From: an uncultured delta proteobacterium
Lineage (GTDB): Bacteria > Desulfobacterota > Binatia > Bin18
Reading direction: 5' to 3'
DNA length: 64,000 nt
NCBI GenBank assembly: GCA_963733195.1
Contig: CAVTCR010000033.1
Coordinates: 1 to 64,000 of the forward strand
Numbering within the stretch: position 1 is the stretch's first letter; every line of letters begins with the position of its first letter. Under the pieces are notes generated by a model. That model saw only the letters and a list, made by a program, of their open reading frames with translations, was not told the origin of the DNA and ran no database searches. The position numbers and the translations under genes are program-made. Of this stretch, positions 55,260 to 64,000 are shown piece by piece.

Positions 55260-57009
55260 ATGGAACGCACGTTCGATCCTATTCTAGTCGAAGTCATCAA
55301 GAATGAGTTAGCATCTATCACCGAAGAGATGGCGATTGCTGTGTGGAAGACCGGTCGGTCGGCGATGATGAAGACTGGCGACTTTGCTACCGCGATGTGT
55401 GATGGTCAGGGTCGTCTTATTGGTCAAGGGTACGCTGCGCCGTTTCAGCTTGCGTTCTTTATCGAAATGATGCCGTACATCATCAAGAAGTACGGCACGA
55501 ACTTCAAACCTGGAGACGTGATCGTCACGAACGACCCTTATGCTGGCATAACCCATATGCCAGATGTTGCGATTATCGCTCCGTCATTCTGGAAGGATCA
55601 ATTGGTCGCTTTCACCTTGGCCTACTCGCACCATACTGACATCGGCGGACGTTTTCCCGGTGGGTTCAGTAGCCAATGTACGGAGACCTTTGAAGAAGGA
55701 TTACGCTTGCCGACGCTCAAGCTGTACGAAGGCGGCAAACGCAACGAAGCGTTGGTGGAAACGATTTTGGCAAATGTCCGTGTGTCTGACGAATGGCTCG
55801 GTGATGTCGAGGCAAAGATTGCCGGTTGCTGGCGCGGAGAGCGAGAAATTCGCACGTTGCTGGATAAGTATGGTCTAGAAACGTACCAATCTTCTTGTGA
55901 TTATCTGATCGATTACTCCGAACGAGCGACCCGGGCCGCACTGACAGCGATCCCGCCGGGCGAGTATTACTACGAGGATATCTTTGAAGATGATGGTTTT
56001 GGCAGCGATGGTGTGGCCCTGCCGCTGAAAGTCAGGTTGCGAGCGGAGGGGGAGACGCTAACGGTTGATTTTACTGGGTCCGCTCCGCAAGCACGAGGGG
56101 CAATCAATTTGCCATTGAGTATGACGAAGGCGACTGTCTTCGGCACCATCAAGAGTATTGTTGGGACAGACGTTTTGACCAATGTAGGATTTGTTCGACC
56201 CATCAATGTTGTGGCCCCGCTTGGGACGATCGTGAATCCGCGGTTTCCTGCAGCAGTGGGCGGACGGGCACCTCTGTTCTTTCGTGTGTTTGACGTGCTG
56301 TTCCGTGCGTTGGCGAAAGCCCTCCCTGATCGGGTGCCGATTCCTGGAGAAGGTGGAGATGTCCTTCATTTCACTGGACAGAAAGCTGACGGGACGAATT
56401 TCGCCGTAATGGACATTTACTTTGGTGGCTGGGGCGGACGACCGCAGAAAGATGGCATCGACGGTGTCGCGCCGATGTCATTCGGTTCTTATGGGACAAT
56501 TCCTGCCGAGTTGCTGGAGCGTGAGTATCCATTGGTTGTTGATGGTTTCGGCTATGTGCCGGACACCGCTGGAGCGGGGAAGCATCGCGGTTCGTTGTCG
56601 ATCTACAAGCAATGGCGTTTCTTGCAGCCAGGACACATCATGGTGCGGACAAACAGACTGTTACGAGCATCAGACGGGATGGCTGGTGGGCAACCGGGAT
56701 CGCTGTCTACAAATATCTTGAATCCAGGGGATGAGAATACAAGAAGTTCCACGTAAGGCACATATGCACATGGAAGTGAAGCCTGGTGATCGTATCTATC
56801 ATGTTGTGAGTGCATCTGGTGGACACGGGGATCCGTGGGAGCGCGAGCCGGAGAAAGTCCTTGCCGATGTGAAAGATGAAAAACTGACAGCAAGAGCAGC
56901 GCGAGAACAGTATGGGGTGGTGATTAACGTGCCTGACCTCAGCGTGGATTGGGGGAGAACAACTGCGTTACGCCTGCAGCGACAAATGCCAGCCGCAGCG
57001 GCAGATTAG
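55260..57009 (+). CDS. Hydantoinase B/oxoprolinase family protein (frameshift ~56740)
   Basis: NDPY..ITHMPD, HHTDIGG, EEGL, GAGKHRG, GG.GDP. Confidence 0.9.
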
Positions 57010-57027
57010 TAGAACCGACGTGAGCGC

Positions 57028-57414
57028 TTACCATACTGTACGGATTGGATATTGGGAAATGAGTGGATCCGGGGTCAAGAGAACCATACCATGAACAATA
57101 GCTTGGCAGATTAACATGCGATCAAATGGGTCCTTATGAGCCAGAGGTAACTTTCCAAGATACAGGGATGCTTCTTCCTCTAATGGTAGAGACTCAATGC
57201 CATGTTTGGTCCTTTGAGCGGGAATGTATTGCTCCGGAGATGCTGGCAAGGGAAGTTTACCGAGCGCATGTTTGACGCCCATCTCCCAGGTACAAACCAC
57301 ACTCAGATATACCTCGTTTTCTCTTTCAACAAACAACTCTAATGCCCGCTGCGACAAAGCAGGAGCGTCAGTTGCGATCCAGAGAAATGTACACGTATCT
57401 AACAGGATCTTCAT
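57028..57414 (-). CDS. vapC: VapC PIN-domain toxin
   Basis: LLDTCTFLW...HKDPFDRMLICQA. Confidence 0.92.
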   Translation of the reverse strand: MKILLDTCTFLWIATDAPALSQRALELFVERENEVYLSVVCTWEMGVKHALGKLPLPASPEQYIPAQRTKHGIESLPLEEEASLYLGKLPLAHKDPFDRMLICQAIVHGMVLLTPDPLISQYPIRTVW

Positions 57415-57656
57415 GGCTCTTGCCCAGCAAATACGTTGAGGATCTCATCGGGCAACGGTTCAAAAAACTCCGGAGGGACCGTGAATTCTCCCTTTGCTAA
57501 CCCAACTGGACGCTTACCTTTCTGTTGGGCAGGAAGAGGGCGAATTTCAGCAATTGGGACATTTCGTTTACACAAAAGAATGGATTCCCCTTTCTCTAAT
57601 AGAGGAAGATAACGAGAAAGATGAGTCTTTGCCTCATGGATGTTAAGTTTTTTCAT
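57411..57656 (-). CDS. Phd/YefM-type antitoxin
   Basis: NIHEAKTHLSRYL; overlaps the vapC start. Confidence 0.9.
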   Translation of the reverse strand: MKKLNIHEAKTHLSRYLPLLEKGESILLCKRNVPIAEIRPLPAQQKGKRPVGLAKGEFTVPPEFFEPLPDEILNVFAGQEP

Positions 57657-57709
57657 AGTTTAATTCATAGGCTGAAAAGTGAACTAAGTCAATTTTGCTA
57701 GAGGATCTT

Positions 57710-59761
57710 ATGCGCGTTGGTTTCGACATAGGTGGAACATTTACAGATGTCATAGTGCTAGGGGATGACGGTCGGCTGACGACCGCGAAAGTGTTGTCGC
57801 TTCTTGATCGTGTGGGAGAAGACATTGTTAGGTGCGTGCAACGCTCAGCCTCACACGCGAAGGTTGAGAGTTTTGTCCACGGTACGACAATTGGCTCAAA
57901 TGCGGTGATCGAGAATAAAACCGCTTTGACGGGACTGATTACTACAAAGGGTTTTCGTGATGAGTTAGAGATGCGTGGGCAGCGACGCCCCAATATCTAT
58001 GATGCATCGTGGGATCGTTTACCACCACTCGTCCCACGTTCATTACGCCTTGAAGTGCACGAGCGTGCCCTTGGCGACGGCACTATTGAACAGCCGCTCG
58101 ACCCGAAAGACGCACAAACTGTGATTCGTACGCTTCTTGATGCGCATGTGGAAGCAATCGCGGTTGCGCTGGTGAATTCATACCTGAATCCTCTCCACGA
58201 GCAGCAAATCGGCCGACTGATCTTGGAAATGGCTCCCCGTATGGTGGTGTGCCTATCGTCGGATATTCACCCAGAGATTCGCGAGTATGAACGCACGAGT
58301 ACAACCGTCATCAACGCCTCGCTTATTCCGGTGGTTGATCGCTACTTGAATCAATTAGAGAAACATTTGTCTGCCTACAGCAATCGACTACTGATTATGC
58401 AGTCGAATGGCGGGATCATGACCGCGCAAGGAGCGCGACGACGCCCGGCGTATATGATCGAATCGGGACCGGCAGCAGGAGTTTTGGCCGCGTCGCGACT
58501 AGCGGCGGAATCAGGACTCACTCAGGTGTTGTCGTTCGATATGGGAGGAACGACCGCTAAGGCGTGCCTCATTGAGAATGGTGTTCCGCTGGAAAAAGCC
58601 GGCGGAGAAGTCGGTGGTGGCGCGACCATGACGACTCGCCTCTTTGGCGGAGGAGGTCATGCGCTTCGCGTTCCATCTCTCGATATTGTCGAAGTCGGAG
58701 CTGGTGGCGGAAGCGTTGCTTGGATCGATGATGGTGGTGCGCTGCGTGTTGGTCCGCAGAGTGCGGGAGCTGAACCAGGACCAGTCTGCTATGGGCGTGG
58801 CGGACAAGAAGCAACAGTGACCGACGCGAACGTCGTGCTTGGTTATATCAACCCTGAAGCGATTGCTGGATCAACGTTACGGATCAATCGCCAAGCCGCG
58901 TTGGAAGCGATCGAACAGAAGTTGGCCAAGCCGTTGAACCTCGACGTGCTACGGGCTGCGTATGGCATCACACAAGTTGCTAATGCGGCGATGATGCGCG
59001 CGCTCCGCGCGGTTTCAACCGAACGAGGACGTGATCCACGCCAGTTTACCTTGCTCGCTTTTGGCGGTTCTGGCCCCGTGCATGCTGTTGCACTGGCGGA
59101 GAGTTTAGGTATTGGCCGTGTGCTGGTCCCGTTGTTCCCCGGACTCTTCAGTGCGTTGGGATTGCTCCTGGCAGACTATCGCCACGATTACATTCGCAGT
59201 GTTGCGACAGCACTTGAGAAGGTGAATGTGGAAGAGCTACGCCATCAGTATGAGGTGATGGAAGCAACGGCCCGAGAGGAACTCTTGCAAGAGGGCGTGG
59301 CAAGCGATGCTATTCGTTTTGAACGACAAATCGACCTCAAGTATGGCTATCAAGTGTCTGAAATCAACTTACCGTTTCCGACTGTGAACACGCTGGAGCT
59401 ACGAGCGGAGTTATCTCGGATATTTACCGAGGCTCATAAACAGGCTTTCGGATATGACCGTGATGACACGATTGAAGTCGTCAACCTGCGACTGCGGGCA
59501 TTGGCTTCAGCAGGAAGTCTGCGTTTTACTGACCTAGTCAGCCGAGCAAATGGGCAAGGCGCAGGGAATAGTTCTTCGCGCGACGCGTATTTCGGACCGA
59601 CGCACGGCACGCAATCCACCCCCATCCGTTGTCGTGCTGATATTGCGACAGAACAGACTGGGCCGTTGATTGTTGAAGAGCCGGATACGACGATTGTTGT
59701 TCCTCCGAGGTGGAAAGTCCAGAAAGACGAACAGGCGAACCTGATATTGCTGAAAATGTAA
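57710..59761 (+). CDS. Hydantoinase A/oxoprolinase family protein
   Basis: DIGGTFTD, HGTT, SGPAAG, DMGGTT, GAGGGS, AFGGSGP. Confidence 0.93.
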   Translation: MRVGFDIGGTFTDVIVLGDDGRLTTAKVLSLLDRVGEDIVRCVQRSASHAKVESFVHGTTIGSNAVIENKTALTGLITTKGFRDELEMRGQRRPNIYDASWDRLPPLVPRSLRLEVHERALGDGTIEQPLDPKDAQTVIRTLLDAHVEAIAVALVNSYLNPLHEQQIGRLILEMAPRMVVCLSSDIHPEIREYERTSTTVINASLIPVVDRYLNQLEKHLSAYSNRLLIMQSNGGIMTAQGARRRPAYMIESGPAAGVLAASRLAAESGLTQVLSFDMGGTTAKACLIENGVPLEKAGGEVGGGATMTTRLFGGGGHALRVPSLDIVEVGAGGGSVAWIDDGGALRVGPQSAGAEPGPVCYGRGGQEATVTDANVVLGYINPEAIAGSTLRINRQAALEAIEQKLAKPLNLDVLRAAYGITQVANAAMMRALRAVSTERGRDPRQFTLLAFGGSGPVHAVALAESLGIGRVLVPLFPGLFSALGLLLADYRHDYIRSVATALEKVNVEELRHQYEVMEATAREELLQEGVASDAIRFERQIDLKYGYQVSEINLPFPTVNTLELRAELSRIFTEAHKQAFGYDRDDTIEVVNLRLRALASAGSLRFTDLVSRANGQGAGNSSSRDAYFGPTHGTQSTPIRCRADIATEQTGPLIVEEPDTTIVVPPRWKVQKDEQANLILLKM

Positions 59762-59802
59762 GCTGGGCTTGGTTCTTTCATGTGAGACAGATTCACACTG
59801 TC

Positions 59803-60171
59803 CTATATCACGACTTCTAAATGAAGTTCCTCCGCAACTCGGGGAGTCATTTTTCGCCCGCTTTCCTGACGCAACTCTACTAAGCCGGAGTCAGCCAGTT
59901 CCTTGATTTCCTCATAGACGCGTTTGAAATCTCTCTTGGCGAGCGTAGCCAGTTCGTTAATCGAAGCAGGATGCTGTTGACGAATGAGGCGAATAAGAGC
60001 AATCCGTTTCGGAGTCAAGAAACGGCGGAGCGCTTCCGCGCTGGTAAAAAAGAGACGCTGTCTTTTCGGTTGTATCTTCTTTCCCGCAGCCACTGCTTTC
60101 ATTGTCGCGGCAGTTTCGGCGAGAACTTCATCTACAGTACGAATACCTATTGTTACCTTTTTGATTTTCAT
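59803..60171 (-). CDS. Predicted transcriptional regulator/antitoxin (HVO_A0114-like wHTH)
   Basis: LTPKRIALI..PASINELA..KRDFKRVYEEI..L. Confidence 0.75.
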   Translation of the reverse strand: MKIKKVTIGIRTVDEVLAETAATMKAVAAGKKIQPKRQRLFFTSAEALRRFLTPKRIALIRLIRQQHPASINELATLAKRDFKRVYEEIKELADSGLVELRQESGRKMTPRVAEELHLEVVI

Positions 60172-60470
60172 GATTTGCTCCTTCTTGCTCGTGCTATGTC
60201 AGCGCGAAAGTCAGCAATCAGCGCATCCACATTCTGGTACGCATAGGATCCTTCCTCTCCGAGCACATGACGGTGGTGACTTTTCGGCCAATGATTGTCA
60301 TATCCCACCACTCGTTCTCCCATAGGGGAAATCAACGCAAGGGAGTAATCGACCCCGTCTGGATTCATTCGATTATGCTCTACTTCCCAGACTTTGATGA
60401 TGATACGCCACCCCTCATCGTCGCGGAGTTCATCGTGTAATAGTAGGGTCGCCTTACGTCTTCGTTTCAT
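60168..60470 (-). CDS. DUF6516-like putative toxin
   Basis: VGYDNH..KSHHRH..Y....LIADF; upstream palindrome TATGGC-N7-GCCATA (60471-60489). Confidence 0.75.
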   Translation of the reverse strand: MKRRRKATLLLHDELRDDEGWRIIIKVWEVEHNRMNPDGVDYSLALISPMGERVVGYDNHWPKSHHRHVLGEEGSYAYQNVDALIADFRADIARARRSKS

Positions 60471-60601
60471 TATGGCGAAGATTGCCATAGCTAGGAACTA
60501 CCGTCCATCCGTCGGTGTAGCCACTGGGCCGCTTTTCTCTTTGCATTTTGACGCTGCCATGATACAGCAACGCTAAGCCATGTTACGGGTAAGGCAACAG
60601 C

Positions 60602-63600
60602 ATGCAGTGTGTGAGTTGCGGGTTTGAGAATCCCGAAGGGATGAAGTTCTGTGAAGAGTGCGGGACGAAGTTCATACAGCTTTGCCCAAGCTGTGGATAC
60701 GAGGTAAGACCAACCGCCAAGTTCTGTGGCGAGTGTGGCACTGCGCTTACCGGAAAGGCAAAAGGCAAAAAGCAAAAGGCAAAGAAAGTCGTCAGTCCTC
60801 AGTCATCAGTTGTCAGTTCCTCCCAGCCTCCCGCTCCGCAGGCTTTAACTACCGAACTCCAAACTCAGGACCCTAGCTCTCAGACGCTAGACCCTAGACT
60901 GAAAGACTCTAGACGAGACGCCGCCGAAAGGCGGCAGTTGACCGTGATGTTCTGTGACCTGGTGGGTTCTACCGCGCTCTCCGAGCAACTTGATCCCGAA
61001 GAATGGCGTGAGGTGGTGCAGACGCTATCAAGAGACCTGTGCGGAGGTGGTCAGCCGCGTTGACGGACATATTGCCCAGTATCTAGGTGATGGATTACTC
61101 GTCTACTTTGGCTATCCCACTGCCCACGAAGATGATGCCCAGCGCGCCGTACGGGCAGCCATCGGGATTGTGGAGGCTATCCAACACGTTCCATTACTCC
61201 AATCTCACGGCGTACAAGTACGCATCGGCATTCACACCGGCCTAGTCGTCGTGGGCGAGATTGGAAGCGGGAGACGAGAACAGTTGGCCTTGGGCGAGAC
61301 TCCCAATATTGCGGCGCGGCTGCAAGGACTCGCGGAGCCGAATACGGTAGTCGTCAGTGCCGCCACGCAGCGTTTGATGCTCGGCTTATTTGACTGTCAG
61401 GACCTGGGTCGGCAAGAGCTAAAAGGCGTCTCGGCGCCGCTCCAGGTCTATCGTGTCCTGAGTGAAAGCAGTGCCCAGAGCCGTCTGGAGGTCGAGGTCA
61501 GCACCGGCAGGTTAACTCCCTTGGTGGGCAGAGCCCATGAGGTGGGCTTAATCCTAGAGCGCTGGACGGCAGCGCAGGCGGGCGATGGTCAAGTCGTGTT
61601 GCTGAACGGTGAGCCGGGCATCGGCAAATCGCGCCTGGTACAGGAGGTCAAGGAGCGACGTCGTACAGCAGGGAGCTATCTGCCTGGAGTTTCGCTGTTC
61701 CCCGTACTCCCAGAATAGTGCTCTCTATCCGGTCATTACCCACCTGCAGCGGTGTTGCAGGTCGAGCGGGACGATCCGCCTCAGGCCAAGCTGGCCAAAC
61801 TCCAGCAGACGCTGACGCGCTATCACTTCCCCCAGGCCGATACTCTCTCGCTCTTGGCCGCGCTGCTCTCACTTGCCCCATCCGGAGGATGCTCCCACCG
61901 CTGACGCTGAGTCCGCAGAAACAGAAGCAGAAGACCCAAGAGGCGTTAGTCGCGTGGCTCGTGGAAGAAGCCGAGCGACACCCGGTGTACTGTGTCTGGG
62001 AAGACTTGCACTGGGCTGATCCTTCCACCTTAGAACTCTTAGGTCTCCTGCTCGACCAAGTGCCGACGGCCCGGATGCTGGTGCTGTTGACCGCGCGGCC
62101 CGAGTTCACGCCGCCGTGGAGCAGTCGTACGCACCTGACCCCACTGACCTTGGCCCGGCTCCCGCGCACGCAGGCAGGGGAGATGATCGAGAAGGTCACA
62201 GGCGGCAAGCCGCTCCCGGCCGAAGTGCAACAACAGATTGTGAGTAAGACCGATGGCGTGCCGCTGTTTGTCGAAGAGCTAACCAAGATGGTGCTGGAGT
62301 CGGGGATCGTCAGAGAACAGGACGGCTCCTATGCGCTCACAGGACCGCTGCCTCCACTGGCGATTCCCACCACGCTGCACGACTCGCTCATGGCGCGGCT
62401 CGATCGGTTGGCCACGGTCAAAGAGGTGGCGCAGATGGGGGCGACCTTGGGGCGGGAGTTTTCCTATGAGTTGATTCACGCTGTCTCGCCGGGAGACGAG
62501 ACGAACCTTGCAGCAAGCACTGACGAAGCTGGTGGAAGCCGAAGTGCTCTACCAGCGGGGGCTGCCGCCGCAGGCACGCTACATCTTCAAGCATGCCTTG
62601 ATTCAGGACGCGGCCTATCAGTCGTTGCTCAAGAGCAGACGGCAGCAGTATCACCAACAGATTGCCCACGTGTTAGAAGAGCAATTTCCGGAGATCGAAA
62701 GAGACGCAACCCGAACTGCTGGCCCATCACTACACCGAGGCGGGGCTCAGCGAGCAGGCCATTCCCTATTGGCAGCAGGCAGGGCAAAGAGCCATCGAGC
62801 GCTCGGCCAATGTGGAAGCGATCGGTCACCTCACAAGGGGCTGGAGTTGCTCAAGACCCTGCCGGACACTCCCGAGCGCGCCCAGCAAGAACTCACGCTG
62901 CAAATCACCCTGGGCGCGCCGTTGATAGCCACCAAAGGCTATGCGGCCCCGGAAGTGGAAAAAGCCTACACCCGGGCACGGGAGCTGTGTCAGCAGGTGG
63001 GAGAGACTCCTCAGCTCTTCCCGGTGCTGTGCAGGACTGTGGGCGTTTTATTTAGTGCGGGCGGAGTTACCAGACGGCACGTGAGCTGGCGGAGCAGCTG
63101 CTCAGCTTGGCCCAGCGCCATGCAAGATCCTGCTCTCCTCGTGGAGGCCCACTATGCACTGGGGCTGACCTTGTTCTGTCTTGGGAGAGTTAGCCCCGGC
63201 CCGAGAGCACTTGGAGCAGGGCATTACCCTCTATGACCCCCAGCAGCATCGCTCCCTTGCCCTTCTCTATGGACGAGGACCCTGGAGTGTGTTGCCGCGG
63301 CTTGTGCGGCCTTGGCCTTGTGGTTGCTTGGCTATCCGGACCAAGCCCTGAAGAGGACCACGAGGCGCTCACCTTGGCCCAGGAGCTGTCTCACCCCTTT
63401 AGCTTGGCGTATGCCCTGACTTTGCTGCCTGGCTCCATCAATTCCGCCGGGAGGGGCAGGCAGCCCAAGAGCGGGCAGAGGCAGCTGATTGCACTCTCGA
63501 CTGAGCAGGGGTTTCCGTTCTGTTGGCGTATGGGAACTATCCTGCAGGGCTGGGCGCTGGCCGAGCAGGGGCAGGGAGAGGAAGGGATTGCGCAGATGCG

Positions 63601-64000
63601 CCAGGGCCTGGCCGCCTACCGGGCCACGGGGGCAGAGCTGTGGCGGCCATATTTTCTTGCCCTGCTGGCCGAGGCGTATGGGAAAGTGGGACAGCCAGAG
63701 GAAGGGCTAGCGTGCTGGCCGAGGCGCTGGCTATGGTGGACAAAAATGGGGAGCGTTTCTACGAGGCGGAGCTGTATCGGCTGCAAAGGCGAGCTGACGC
63801 TCGCATCAGTCTAGCGTCCAGCAAGTCTCAGAGTCCAAGACGTCTCAAGTCCGAAGGAAGCCGAAGAGTGTTTTCTGCAAGGCCATCGAGATTGCCCGCC
63901 AGCAACAAGCGAAGTCGCTGGAGCTGCGCGCGGCGATGAGCTTGAGCCGGCTGTGGCAGCAGCAAGGCAAGAAAGACGAAGCTCACAAGATGTTGGCCGA
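60602..64000 (+). CDS. Double zinc-ribbon / adenylate-guanylate cyclase / AAA ATPase / TPR protein (frameshifted, runs off window)
   Basis: CxxC ribbons, [45 protein letters not shown]-like C-terminus. Confidence 0.9.

Overview
A 64-kb bacterial chromosomal segment. Its gene content (many TPP enzymes, VOC, LLM, CoA-transferases, amidohydrolases, adenylate cyclase-AAA-TPR) resembles Ca. Binatia/'Deltaproteobacteria', which is inference only. Frameshifts are frequent, even in queA and secF, which points to long-read indel errors. The left 21 kb holds two co-oriented integron platforms flanking the housekeeping queA-tgt-yajC-secD-secF-recJ operon. In both, the attI-like site (shared core CACTAGTTAG) and the cassettes lie downstream (3') of intI and in the same direction. 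The two intI promoters are near-identical, but each platform has its own short-repeat array. Integron A has been hit by four mobile elements. A large-serine-recombinase element splits the intI catalytic HxLRH motif, an IS5 and an IS110 sit in the attI core, and an IS66 interrupts the first cassette. The IS110 non-coding region carries guide-like matches to the GTTAG|GC target. Integron B looks intact, with a HigBA cassette, a clear attC and a HU + DUF3024-like cassette. At 29.6-33.4 kb an IS66 derivative with intact IRs and an 8-bp TSD carries katG in place of its transposase core and sits 30 bp behind a sod gene. The remainder holds a two-component system, a TetR-associated catabolic cluster, TA modules and dispersed heptamer/REP repeats.
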